Shown piece by piece: positions 24,501-48,154 of a stretch of DNA of 64,000 nucleotides. Numbering within the stretch: position 1 is the first letter of the stretch; each line of letters begins with the position of its first letter. The translations under genes were made by a program, and so were the position numbers. The notes under the pieces were generated by a model. That model saw nothing but the letters and a program-made list of their open reading frames with translations, was not told where the DNA came from and did not search any database. Source of the DNA: Macrostomum lignano (Eukaryota); assembly GCA_002269645.1 (NCBI GenBank), contig NIVC01001551.1, forward strand, positions 124,001 through 188,000, read 5' to 3'.

Positions 24501-26349
24501 CATGGACCTGTCTAATTCATTGATCCCTAAGTTACTAAGTACATATATACAAAGACACTATAGTCTATAGGCCTATAGGCTATATATATAGGAATTGGAT
24601 ATATAGCAGCCCTGAATTTCTCCTTATGACCTAATCTGCCATGTAAATCACTCAATCAATAGACAAAGCTCAAGAAAAGTCAAAATATTTGTGACTATCT
24701 GCTAAAGACAAAGTTTTTGTAGTGTTAAGTCAAATTTGCAATTCCTTTTCTTAAACCTCATTATCATAGTGACAATAGTCCAGATCATGCTAGGTACATA
24801 CCTGAACAAAAATTAAATAGTTACAAATGCATACTAAAAATTGCAACAGTAAATAACCCTTTTGGTATTGCATAAAAGACCTTTTGGCTAATAACTTTGT
24901 TTATTATTTATCTTTTTTGCCTAATACTATTTATAGCAGAAAATTGATATATACAAACTTTTGTTTAAATGCCTTATTGCAATCTTAAATACTAGAAAGC
25001 TTGAAATTTATGAACTTTGAACTAAACTTTCTAATTTTTTTTTCTATTTAACATTAACTTTTTTGCGTGATTCTATCAGTGCATGCTAGGTATATATACA
25101 CACTATTTTCTTAGGAATAATTCACACCAATTGTGCATATCTAACTTTTGGCATACAAGGCCAATGCACATCCAAATTTATGGGCATATATTACATGATC
25201 CTGAATGTGGTCTTGTCACTTAATGAGTCATAACTCAGCAATTAAATGACATAGAAAAGCTATTCACTATTCAACTAAAGCATTAAATGATGTTCTTTAA
25301 GCTGGATTTTATATTTAGCAGTTTAAATATAAAAGTAGAATATATAATTATTGCAACAAATAGCCCTTGTAAATTAGTATAACATTATTATTGGGTCTTA
25401 TGCATAGAGGTTAGGGTTGTTTTATTCCTTCAGTTTGTTTGTCATTTTAACTCTGTGCATGTGTATAATGTCAATATACACTGTGGATATTTTAGCCCTA
25501 GGGTTGGGGTAGTTGATATTGTTGCTCACTTACAATAAATTGTATCATTTGGTTAGTGCACTTGGCGACCCTATTGGAATAAATTTCAAAAACCCGCGGA
25601 TGTACGACATAGGTGCCAAAATTGTGCCCTCAAAAGCACAATGTGACTCCAAATTTTGTTGACTGGGAGGCGGCAACACGCAACGCAACACCGATGTCTA
25701 ATGACCAGGGGGAAAATACACCACAGCAGCCACGTTGCAATTGACAATTCCTGTTCTGCCATTCACTCCCGACCATACATGCGCAACTTCTGAAATTACG
25801 CTGGCCGTGCGACTTAGTTTTCGATAAAAAATGCGACTTACCTATGAAAGAGCCAAGCAAAAACTTTAGGTAAACGGCAGGAGTAACTATGACCATATTT
25901 TTAAAGCTAAATGCCTCGCCAGCTAATTAGTGCTGCGTGCAGATTCCGCGTTTTTATAACAGCTAATCAGTATGTCATCTAGTGGCAGCATGAAGCAATT
26001 AGTAAATTGTCAGTACAGTGTAGTGAGCATACTACAAAAGTCATGATTCATGAATGTCCAGAAGTAAGTGAAGTGAATACAGTGTGACCTATAGCTCAAG
26101 AACGATTTGCTAGACGATTTGGCATGGAAGATGAGAGCCCTGATTCAGATGGCTCATCAGATGCAGAATACGAATCCAGTAGAGATACAAGCTGTGAAAA
26201 CCCACAGATTTTTAAGCCACTGAATTCTAATTCCCGGAACTATTTTTGCATAGATTCTAAATTTGAAGTCATGCTCAAACAAAAACTTGTTAACAGTTAG
26301 GAAAAAGGCAAAGATGGGAGTAATGCATGTTAAACTAAGATTTGAGGCC

Positions 26350-26995
26350 TTTGCAAATTCTCTCCATTCCTCAATCGTCTCATCCTCTTTTTCTTTTCTC
26401 TCTCATCCCTTATCCCTTTTCTCTTTCCTCTCCTCTCTCCTCTCGTCTCTCCATTCCACTCTACTCTCTCATCTTATCTTCCCTCTCGTCTCTCTCCACT
26501 CTACTCTCTCATCTTATCTCTCCTCTCTTTTCTACTCTCTCATCTCTCCTCTCTTCACTCTCCTCTCTTCACTCTCCTCTCATCTCCTCTTTATCCTCTC
26601 TTCTCTCATCTACTCTCTCCTCTTTCCTCTTTCCTCTCTTCTGATCTCATCCATCATCTTTTCTTTCCTCTTTCCTCTAATCTCCTCTTCTCTCTCATCT
26701 CTTTTTCCTCCCTCAGCTTTTCTCTCCTCTTCTATCTTTTCTCCCATCGCATCGCTCGCCTCCCCTCTGTTTGCTTATCTCTAATCTTCTATTCCCTCTA
26801 CTTTGAAGTAAGAAAATATGCACATATTTTTGCTGAAGATAAGAGGAGAGAAGAGGGCATTGAGGAGAAAGGGTAGAGAGAAAGGGGGAGAAGAGAGGAG
26901 AGTAAAAATGAGAGGAGAGAGAAGAGGGAAAAGGGGGAGAGAGAGAAGAGGGGAGGCAAGGTAGAGAAGAAGAGAGAGATGAGAGTTGAAGAGAC
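26350..26995. repeat. CT-rich low-complexity tract (~26350-26790) followed by a GA-rich tract (~26845-26995)
   Basis: Direct composition. Confidence 0.8.
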
Positions 26996-27249
26996 ACCAA
27001 CCTTGCTACTCGTAGTTAGGAAGTTTCAAAGAACCCGAGGGGCGAGGGCCAGATAGAGGGGCTTCGCGAGCCGGAGTTTGCCAACCCCTGCTCCAGAGTT
27101 TAAGAAATCAATGGGAAACTGTTGACGCGGGCTTCTGATTTCAAAGATCTTGTCTGTGGTTGAAGGCTTCTATTCTGTTTTTGCTCTCCTGCCACACTTG
27201 CACCTACTACCCCCTGATTGCCTCTGATTGTGACTTACTTCCCTCTTAT

Positions 27250-27810
27250 TGCAACTTAGTTGCTTCTTTTTGCGACTTACCTAATCCTTTTTGCGACTTA
27301 CCTAATCCTTTTTGCAACTTACATAATCCTTTTGCGACTTACCTAATCCTTTTTGCGACTTACCTAATCCTTTTTGCGACTTACCTAACCCTTTTGCGAC
27401 TTAGCTGATCCTTTTGCGACTTACCTAATCCTTTTGCGACTTACCTAACCCTTTTGCGACTTACCTAATCCTTTTGCGACTTAGCTGATCCTTTTGCGAC
27501 TTACCTAATCCTTTTGCGACTTAGCTGATCCTTTTTGCGACTTACCTAACCCTTTTGCGACTTACCTAATCCTTTTGCGACTTAGCTGATCCTTTTGCGA
27601 CTTACCTAACCCTTTTGCGACTTACCTAATCCTTTTGCGACTTACCTAACCCTTTTGCGACTTACCTAATCCTTTTGCGACTTACCTAATCCTTTTGCGA
27701 CTTAGCTGATCCTTTTGCGACTTACCTAACCCTTTTGCGACTTACCTAATCCTTTTGCGACTTACCTAATCCTTTTGCGACTTACCTGATCCTTTTTGCG
27801 ACTTAGTTTG
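27250..27810. repeat. 20-bp minisatellite (CCTTTTGCGACTTACCTAAT)n inside the hAT-like element
   Basis: Direct reading. The GCGACTTA core also occurs near both element ends (~25818, ~25837, ~27929). Confidence 0.93.
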
Positions 27811-29969
27811 CTTCTTTTGCGAATTGTTTTTCTTTTGCTTCACCATTTTCCCTGAACTGCTCTTTCTTTTGCTTTCCTCTTGCCTTTCTTGGTTCTTGTG
27901 TTTTTTTGTTTTTGGTTGACTCAATTTTGCGACTTACCCCTGGTCAGCCACGATTTACGGTGGCCGGATCGGCCAGGTCGGCCAGCAGTTGCGCATGTAT
28001 GCTCCCGACACTGAGACCATGGGGCGAGGGACGAGAGTATTCTGAGGTGGGGGCGGAGAAGATTTATAATTTTGAATTGGCGGTTTGCGTTGTTGGTCGA
28101 CACCAGTGAGGTGGGGCAGATTCCACATTTGAATCGCCGCCTGCATTGTCTTGACACTCGTAAAGCCAGAAAATTTCTCATATTGATGCACTGATTCTTC
28201 TCCTTGGTTACTCTGTCTGCCGGGGTCCTCAATTCCGGGGGGAGGGTAGTTGTAATCATAGTTGAGCAGTCTTTTGCAGCACAGTTGTTCAAATTGGGTC
28301 CTCAGACACCGTAGAATTCGTGAACTGTCGATATGCTCGGTTTGTTACTATCAGTAGTAAAGTAGCGCTGCCACCACCGTAATTTCATATTACAGAATGT
28401 TAAGGGTCTCAGAGCTTCTTTGAGATGAGACTGATTGGTTATTTTATGCCCCGCGGGCAAATGACTTAATAAAGACTATCGGCTTCAATTCGGAACAACT
28501 GAATAAATACTATTGTTATTGAAGAACTTTTTAATATTTGTTATTATTATTACTGTCGTTAAATATTAGAACTACGCAAGATAGATTCAGTCGTGCTGAG
28601 TGCAAGCTGAGAGAACTAAAGTAAAACTAGGAACTAAACAAAATGAACGCAAACAGCAAACCACAGAGAAACAAACAAACTAAAACACGAACCTAAACAC
28701 GGACAATGAAAGGGAGAGGAGCAAGCGAGCTAGGAGGAGGAGGAGGAGGAGAAAATGACTCCAATGACAATGTAAATATATAAAAAATTGGCGTGGAGGA
28801 CCCAAGAGATGAGACAAAGGATGGGACAAGGGAAGGGACAATGATGGAAAACAAGAAAACCGGGCCACTGGAAACACTAAAACAATAGGGGCCAAGGGAA
28901 GGAACAGCAAAAGGAACAGATGAGGGAGCAAAGGTGGGGACAACCAGGGGAACAATCAGGAGAGCAAAAATTGAAAAATATGACATCAATCCGTCACCCG
29001 ATGGAGTTGAGCTGGTCGTCCTGCCATTGTCTGCACTGGAAGCCTGCCGTCGTTCACCCCAGTGGTAGACTGGCCTACCACAATTCCTTTCAATTTCGCG
29101 GAAAAAGAAATGAAATTTAAAAACAATAAAGAGTAAAACAACAAAGGTACAACACTTAGAATAACAGTGCACACATTGTAACAAACAAGTAATATTTATA
29201 AAAATTATATTTAAAGTATTAGTTACTTTACTGTCAAAATAAAAAAGAACAATTCAAGAACTAGTTATTATCAAACATGTTTGAAACATTTAAATACCGA
29301 GAAACAACCGTGAACATATTACAATGAAACACAGTTTGCGAGGTTTTGGCTTCAGATCCAAGCCGCAACGCGACACATGACAACGCCAGCTGCCAAGTTG
29401 CCACACTGTCGCATTGCGTGATGCGACACATGACGACACCAGGTTTCCACAGTGTTGCATGATGCAACACACCACTTGACACCACTGTCGCGCGATGCGA
29501 CACCAGGAGAATCCGTAAATGCAACAGACGGTCGTCTGTGTTTTGTCAAATTATTCCAATAGGGCTTGGTGATTTTATCTTGCCAAAAAATCTATTGGCC
29601 AAAGACTTGCTCATTTTAACAAATATATATAGGGAAGCTATTATTTTTATAATCACTATACATAAAAGAAAAATGGCTATTTTTTAGTCATTGGAAAAAA
29701 TCATTTAATATGAATTTTAAGTTTAAGCTAGCTAAGGTCAATGACAAGAATCACTAGAAGTTGCTCTTAAGAACTTTAGAATTAATATATTAAGAACACT
29801 TGCTAATTTTTAATTAATGTATTTGTAGCCTCTTATCTATATCATATGGTTATTACTTAATCTAGATAGTAATTTTAAATGTTGACTTTAAAAAAAACTT
29901 TTTGCTATTAATCTGCACTGTCCCACAGCTAGCACTGAGGAAATTCTATCTATTCTGTTGACTTCTGAG

Positions 29970-30175
29970 CATATACCAGCCTGCCAATAATGTACTCAGG
30001 CATGTACTCATATACATGCTTACACAGGGTATATAGTGGCCTAGTAGACTTTCTAATTGTTAGGCATATACACTGTGCATTGGGGGTTGGCCTTTATATG
30101 TATGAATTACATAAATTTTCATGCAAAAGCCTCAAATGAATGTGGCCATACATTGAATCAAACATGGGTCATGGT
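29970..30175 (-). mobile_element. Decayed copy of a tRNA-derived SINE
   Basis: The minus strand GACCCATGTTTGATTCAATGTATGGCCACATTCATTTGAGGC...GGCCAACCCCCAATG aligns by eye with 41072-41260 and 53640-53920. Confidence 0.55.
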
Positions 30176-30472
30176 GCAAGAGTTGGATGCATATTTTGTA
30201 GAACTATTTTGGTATCTGTTCTATTGTATAGAGAGCCACCAAAGCAATGTATTATAATATTGTACTTTCTAATTTATTTACAAGATAAAAAATGACTTAG
30301 AATCTTTACATTTCATGTCTACAAATTTAAATGAAGGATTGTTTGTGCTTAGTAAACTCTGACATAGTGGTGATTATAATTTATGGTGATGATAAATATG
30401 TAACAATACATAAATTTACAGCATGCATTAGCACACTTGCACACCAGAGTGCAACTAACCATTCTGTTACTC

Positions 30473-32236
30473 ATGGAATTGTGGCAGCGCTACAAGCGAC
30501 GAAGCTGCTTCAACACGGCCAAAGCTTGCCTGCTGACTGACCCACTCTGTCGAATATTGTTTGGGGCCATGCGCTCCCGTCAGTGCCCGCTGACCTTTGG
30601 GCGTCATCTGGCTTGCGAGCCGTGCGATGATGCTAAACTGAGGGGCGGGTTCGATCAGGTGAGAATTCTTGCTTCGGAGGGATCTCCCATGCACCTTTCT
30701 TGCATCGATTCTCTTTTAGGGGAATCTTTCTTGCATCGATTCTTTTCCGGGGAATCTTTCTTGCATCGATTCTACTTGTGGATAATCTTGCGTCGATTTT
30801 CTTTTGGGGAAATTTTTTCTGCCTCGATTCTCCTGGATAGGGTCTCTCTTGTATCGATTCTTTTCTAGAGAATCTTTTATCAATTCTTTTCTAGGGAATC
30901 TTTCTTGTATCGAGTCTTTTTTAGGGAATCTTTCTTGTTTCGATTATTTTGTAGGGAATCTTTCTTGTATCGATTATTTTGTAGGGAATCTTTCTTGTAT
31001 CGATTCTTTTCTACGGAATCCTTCTTTTATCGATTATTTTTTAAGGAATCTTTCTTTTATTGATTCTTTTTTAGGGAATTTTTCTTGTATCGATTCTTTT
31101 CTAGGGAATCTTTCTTGCATCGATTCTTTTCTAGGGAATCTTTCTTGTATCGATTCTTTTCTAGGGAATCTTTCTTGTATCGATTCTTTTCTAGGGAATC
31201 TTTCTTGTATCGATTATTTTGTAGGGAATCTTTCTTGCATCGATTCTTTTCTAGGGAATCTTTCTTGCATCGTTTTTTTCTAGACAATTTTTCTTTTATC
31301 AATTCTTTTCTGGGGAATCTTTCTGGCATCGATTCTCTCCAGTGGAATCTTTGTGGCATCGATTCGCTCCTCGGGAATCTTTCTTACATCGAGTATTTTC
31401 TGGTGGAATCTTTCTCTCCCTTAACTGGTGGTTCTTCCTTTCGCTAATCTTACGTTAGCGTAGCAGAGGGGTATCTTCAAGACTGGTCCACTCCGCGCAA
31501 TGTTAAGCATAATGTCCTAATGTTACTACTGATTAGTAGAAAGCAAAGAAAACCGGCCTAGTGATTTTTCGTGTTTTTATGTTTATTTCATTGCAGGCCA
31601 GCAGCCAGATTGTGCTGTGCAGCAATGCGGCCAGTTTAGCGGCGCCAGATCCGTGCGTCACCCTGCGCCACGAGCTGGTGCACGCCTTCGACGCTTGCCG
31701 AGCCGTGGCGGACTTTGATAGCAGCCTGGATCAGCTGGCCTGCACAGAGGTGAGCAAGGAGTTTTTTTAAATCGCGGTAGTTTTCTTCTCTCTCCGCGGA
31801 AGTTTTCCGTCCTCTTTCTAATCCAATAGACCAAAATTTTAAGCTTATATGTGCGTCTTTTTTTGCTATTTTTACTACTTAGTAGTGCAGTAAGTTTTTT
31901 ATGAGTATTTTATATAAAAAATAAATAAAATCGCATCAGATTCGTGCCTACAACCTGGCTGAGCCGGCTAGCTGGCAGAAGCCGGCTGGCGGTCACGCCG
32001 ACTGGGTCCGGCAGCGCGCCGTCGACTCCGTGCTGACGGTGCGTCGAATCGAACAGGCCGAGGCGGAGACGGCCGTCAATCGGGTGTTCGATCGATGCTA
32101 CGCCGATCTCGAGCCGTTTGGGCGGCGGCCGCTGCCGCCTGACCCGCTGGAGAGGGCGGAGCTGGGCTCGGCCCAGCTGGCGGCTAAGGAGGCCAAATTC
32201 TACGGCTATTGGAGCGAGTGCCAGTCGAGTAGTTAG
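30473..32236 (+). CDS. ATP23: Mitochondrial inner-membrane metalloprotease/chaperone ATP23 (peptidase M76), 3 exons, 211 aa
   Basis: Exons 30473-30658, 31597-31749 and 31940-32236, both introns GT-AG and phase 0. The protein has GGFD, IVLC, the HEXXH motif in LRHELVHAFD, ACTEIRA across the exon 2/3 junction, and VFDRCYADLEPF. An in-frame AG at 30420-30421 means an upstream exon cannot be excluded. Confidence 0.92.
30700..31400. repeat. 30-bp minisatellite (GGGAATCTTTCTTGTATCGATTCTTTTCTA)n in ATP23 intron 1
   Basis: Direct reading. Confidence 0.93.
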
Positions 32237-32259
32237 ATTATTTAATAACCGGATAGACT

Positions 32260-32760
32260 CGCTACCGATATGTATCGTAGAATACTTATTTTAAGTAGCT
32301 TTTTAGATTAATATAGGCCAATTTTTCTTACTGCATTTCTGCTTTTTTAACAACACTTTTAGCAGCATTCAAATAGTATCAACTACCGCGGCTAACCACC
32401 GATATGTATTGTAGAATCCTTTTTTAATTGCCATATAAGAATTGAATGGCTGCTTCTAAAAAGAACTTTGGAAGCCATAACCTACTTTTAGTAATAAATA
32501 ATATGCATACAAAGCTTTACTTGATTGTAAGCGCTTTATATGGTGTTAATATAGACTTGCTACCGATATGTTTTGTAGAATCCTTTTTTCAAATTGCCGT
32601 ATTGGAAGTGAATGGCGGCTTTTAAAAAGAACTTTTGATGTCATAATCTACTATTAGTAATATAATAAAGCTAGAATTTGCATAGAAAGCTTTACTTGTC
32701 AAATGCTGAATCGGGTGTCAATATAAAGTAGCTACCGATATGTATCGTAGAAAACTATCT
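32260..32760. repeat. Old degenerate repeat, four copies of CTACCGATATGTATCGTAGAA about 140-170 bp apart
   Basis: Motif seen at ~32262, ~32397, ~32560 and ~32732. Confidence 0.55.
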
Positions 32761-33127
32761 ATATAGCCAATTAACCTGTAGCTGAACTGGATAGATTCGA
32801 TGAGAGAAGGGCCATGCGCATTTCTACTGTAAGCTACTGTTAGTAATATAAGTGAATTAGGTGCATTAAAATTAGTTCTGTTCAAGTTTTTATAAAAATC
32901 TAATTATGCTTCCCGAGTCTTTCTCTGCTCACACTTGCAAATATACTAGCTTAAAACTTATCTATGGAGCATTTATAGCTGTTTAACATTAGTAAAATAT
33001 ATACGATTTGTTGATGCAAAATGCTCTAAAGCTTAAATTTCTGGCTTTTGTGCGTTTTGGAGGAAAAGTTTATACAGTCTTGTTTCCTTGTGTAGTTTTC
33101 TTTCTAATAGCATTATTAAATGATAAA

Positions 33128-33485
33128 CATCTGATGCACACCTTCAGACTGCATTGTACATCTGATGCACACCTTCAGACTGCATTGTACATCTGATGCA
33201 CACCTTCAGACTGCATTGTACATCTGATGCACACCTTCAGACTGCATTGTACATCTGATGCACACCTTCAGACTGCATTGTACATCTGATTCACAACCTT
33301 CAGACTGCATTGTACATCTGATGCACACCTTCAGACTGCATTGTACATCTGATTCACAACCTTCAGACTGCATTGTACATCTGATGCACACCTTCAGACT
33401 GCATTGTACATCTGATGCACACCTTCAGACTGCATTGTACATCTGATGCACACCTTCAGACTGCATTGTACATCTGATGCACAAC
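33128..33485. repeat. 31-bp minisatellite (CATCTGATGCACACCTTCAGACTGCATTGTA)n, about 11 copies
   Basis: CATCTG at 33128 and 33159. Confidence 0.95.
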
Positions 33486-33889
33486 CTTCAATTTACAATA
33501 ACAATTTACCATTTTAAAGACCGATTCGAGGCTTCTTTAAGTTTCATGCTTTGATTTCGCTTGCATTTTCTATCAATACTACTGCAGTAAGCTTTTCATA
33601 CAGAATCTTAAATTTTACCTTTTTCTTTGTAAGAACTTCTCTTACAGTACATGGGGCTTCGTCTCTTATCTAAATGAAATTTTAACTGTAGTGTCTGGCG
33701 GTCCCTTGTGCCACCCACCATTGCTTCAATTATTTTTCTATCAAAAATTAATCTGAATCTTCTAACCTTTAGCGAAACTGAAGTTTGTACTTGTTTAGCA
33801 CCAGAATATTCTAAGCTATCAGATATTTATGCAAATTTATTTTTTATAGTTTGAAGTTGCTTACTGGCACTAACGATTTAAGAATCAAT

Positions 33890-35275
33890 GACACTAAAAG
33901 AGGCTGACACTAAAACTGACAGAGGCTGAAACAGAAACTGACACTAATTCAAAGAAAACTGACACTAATTCAAAGAAAACTGACACTAATTCAAAGAATT
34001 CTGACACTAATTCAAAGGAAACTGACACTAATTCAAAGAATTCTGACACTAATTCAAAGGAAACTGACACTAATTCAAAAGAGAACTGACACTAATTCAA
34101 AGGAGACTGACACTAATTCAAAGGAGACTAACACTAATTCAAAGGAGACTAACACTAATTCAAAGGAGACTGACACTAATTCAAAAGAGAACTGACACTA
34201 ATTCAAAGGAGACTGACACTAATTCAAAGGAGACTGACACTAATTCAAAGGAGACTGACACTAATTCAAAGGAGATTGACACTAATTCAAAGGAGATTGA
34301 CACTAATTCAAAGGAAACTGACACTAATTCAAAGGAAACTGACACTAATTCAAAGAAAACTGACACTAATTCGAAGAAATCTGACACTAATTCAAAGAAA
34401 TCTGACACAAATTCAAAGAAATCTGACACTAACTCAAAGAAATCTGACACTAATTCAAAGAAAACGGACACTAATTCAAAGAAAACGGATACTAATTCGA
34501 AGAAAACGGATACTAATTCGAAGAAAACGGATACTAATTCAAAGGAAACTGACACTATTTCAAAGAAAACTGACACTAATTCAAAGGAGACTGACACTAA
34601 TTCAAAGAAATCTGACACTAATTCAAAGAAAACTGACACTAATTCAAATAAAACTGACACTAATTCAAAGAAAACGGACACTAATTCGAAGAAATCTGAC
34701 AGTAATTCAAAGGAGACTGGCTTTTATTAAAAGAAAACTGACACTAATTCAAAGAAAACTGACACTAATTCAAAGAAAACTGACACTAATTCAAATAAAA
34801 CTGACACTAATTCAAAGAAAACGGATACTAATTCGAAGAAATCTGACACTAATTCAAAGGAAACTGACACTATTTCAAAGAAAACTGACACTAATTCAAA
34901 GAAAACGGATACTAATTTGAAGAAATCTGACACTAATTCAAAGGAAACTGACACTATTTCAAAGAAAACTGACACTAATTTAAAGGAGACTGACACTAAT
35001 TCAAAGAAAACTGACACTAAGTCAAAGGAGACTGACACTAATTCAAAGAAATCTGTCACTAATTCAAAGGAGACTGACACACTAATTCAAAGGAGACTGA
35101 CACTAATTCAAAGAAATCTGACACTAATTCAAAGAAAACGGACACTAATTCGAAGAAATCTGACAATAATTCAAAGGAGACTGACATTTATTAAAAGAAA
35201 ACCGACACTAATTCAATGGAAACTGACACTAATTCAAAGGAGACTGACACTAATTCAAAGGAGACTGACACTAAT
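33890..35275. repeat. 21-bp minisatellite (AACTGACACTAATTCAAAGAA)n, about 65 copies
   Basis: Direct reading. Confidence 0.95.
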
Positions 35276-35871
35276 GCATAACTAACACAATTATTTATAG
35301 AATAAAAATATGATAAATAAATGATAATCAGTGACTAATCCTAGATTTATGATTATTTAACATTTTATTTAACATCTGTAAAATAGTGGAAACGCTCTGA
35401 AAGTCTAAAATGACACGGGGGGGAGGACAAAAGGAAGATTGCACCTTTCAACTTGCGTTGCAGCAACGTATTTCTGCCGCACAGAAATATGCACAGATTT
35501 TCATGAAACGTCAGAGAGTGAGAGAGTGAACACAGAGAGTCCAAACTACATTAGCAAAAGGCCTGCTAAAACCCTTTATAACGAACTCTCCCAAATCCAG
35601 CTTTAAGGTGAATATTCTTAATAGATAGAAGATAAGATTACCTGCTTGGCCCCTTGTGTGCGTGCGGCTGGCGGCACAGCTCGTCATTCTGTGTTCAGCA
35701 TAGATTGATTCTGCAATGCTATTTAGCTAAGCTGCAGGTGCAAGCATAAGTCCTCTGCGCTCTGGTCAGTTTTTTCTGCCAACTAGTAGCTCTCAAGAGC
35801 CGACTTAAGTTTTGTTCAGTGGATCTGAGATACCGCGATCTGACAGCTAACCTCAGCAGATCGGCGAGACA

Positions 35872-46507
<10,636 letters not shown>

Positions 46508-47232
46508 TCTGAGCTGCTCGCAAGATTTAAACTATGAATATTATTACGAATATACTTATTATACTTACAAAAGTTTCATGTCCATATGATAATATTTTCA
46601 GCCAGGAAAACTTGCTGAACTTTAGCAGGATTTTGTGACATTAAAATATTTTCAAATCACATTCTATCACTGACGCTATAGAAACATTGGATCAGCCATT
46701 TGCAAACTTTTCTTGCAAAATGCGCTTAGTCTACTTTCGTTTTGGGCATATAAATGCGCACGACATGCTAAATTCTCGAGAAATCGAATTTTCTCGATCG
46801 AATGTCTATGGTCAAGTCTCATTCAGCGCTATGCATTCTCTAGAGCATACTAAAATCGACTGTAGCGTCCTTCTACTTCAGTTGTCTATGGCAGTTATAA
46901 TAATTTACATGTACATTAGTCATGTACATTGCTGTCGCTGAGGAAAGCAATAAAATGCAGCCAAAGACGCCCAATCGAAGTAGCTTCAGGTTTCCAATGT
47001 ACATGTACCTGTGCATTGTTCTTATTCAGTTCAATTTCTGGGATATTTTCAATCCTACCTACTTGTAGTACATACTGTATGCCGCTAAACACATGTAAAA
47101 ACAAGATTACACGCACTTACATAGTCCTTCTAATAATAATTCGCTTCGCATTGATTTGAAAAATATATCTGTTCTGCTTTGAATCTGTAAGATCAACTTG
47201 AACTGTACATTTTATTGCTGCCATTGCTCTGG

Positions 47233-47560
47233 TTCTTCAGTCAGCTGTTGGGGATTTTTCAGTTTGAGGATTCTTCAGTCAGCTGTTGGCGATTCTTCAG
47301 TCAGCTGTTGGCGATTCTTCAGTCAGCTGTTGGGGATTCTTCAGTCAGCTGTTGGCGATTCCTCAGTCAGCTGTTGGCGATTCTTCAGTCAGCTGTTGGG
47401 GATTCTTCAGTCAGCTGTTGGGGATTCTTCAGTCAGCTGTTGGCGATTCTTCAGTCAGCTGTTGGCGATTCTTCAGTCAGCTGTTGGCGATTCTTCAGTC
47501 AGCTGTTGGCGATTCTTCAGTCAGCTGTTGGGGATTCTTCAGTCAGCTGTTGGGGATTCT
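47233..47560. repeat. 22-bp minisatellite (TTCTTCAGTCAGCTGTTGGCGA)n, about 15 copies
   Basis: AGCTG at 47281 and 47303. Confidence 0.95.
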
Positions 47561-48154
47561 TCTACAACCCACGTGACGCGCTTGTGACAGTTTTCAACGG
47601 GACTTCCTTCAGTCAGCTGTTTAAACATTCGGGAATATTTGTTGTATTTAAAAAATGAAACCAAAAAGACTATAATTTGTAGACAGCAACACTGCATGAG
47701 CATGCGATATAAAAATGCGCGGGGGTAACTATAGCATAACATATTATAACTCAGCCCCTAGTTGAAGTTTATATTTGAACGCCAGCCATAAATACGCATA
47801 GATTATTTATTATCAACTGACTGCCATTAAAGCATACAATTTGATGTTGTAATTTTAAACGACAAAAGCGAAAATGAATTTTGACTTAATTAAATAAAAA
47901 ACAGACAGGTATTAACACTGTTATTAATTCCCTAATAAGATTGAGATTTAAACCAACCCTAAATATTATCATTTTAATAATCTACTGTATTAATCCAGAT
48001 TAGAAAACCTCGAACATTACACAATGAGAAACACAACATAAACACAGATTAAGAAAAGGGAACCACATACGAGCGTACAGTAAAGTGAAGAGTAAAGCAA
48101 ACAGTAAGTGCATCAGATCGGGGTAGCTGTTTGGGGAAATACCCAACTCCCCAG

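Larger units (their letters stand above)
25774..28001. mobile_element. hAT-like non-autonomous element inserted in the 25569-29564 element
   Basis: Perfect 15-bp TIR CATACATGCGCAACT / AGTTGCGCATGTATG. Perfect 8-bp TSD CTCCCGAC at 25766-25773 and 28002-28009. Confidence 0.9.
25569..29564. mobile_element. Non-autonomous cut-and-paste DNA transposon (outer element of a nest)
   Basis: 14-bp TIR CCCTATTGGAATAA / TTATTCCAATAGGG. Flanks CTTGGCGA (25561-25568) and CTTGGTGA (29565-29572) give an 8-bp TSD with one CpG transition. Confidence 0.8.

Noticed and set aside
27060-27095. GTTTGCCAACCCCTG, a possible MITE right end; similarly AAATCCGCTCCCTG at ~15434-15447
   Set aside because: No matching left TIR or TSD was found by eye.
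27921-28340. Minus-strand ORFs with CRRRFKCGIC, a possible zinc finger or transposase fragment
   Set aside because: There is no complete finger or DDE motif. After removing the nested element in silico the frames stop quickly, and the ORF ends run into the inner element TIR.
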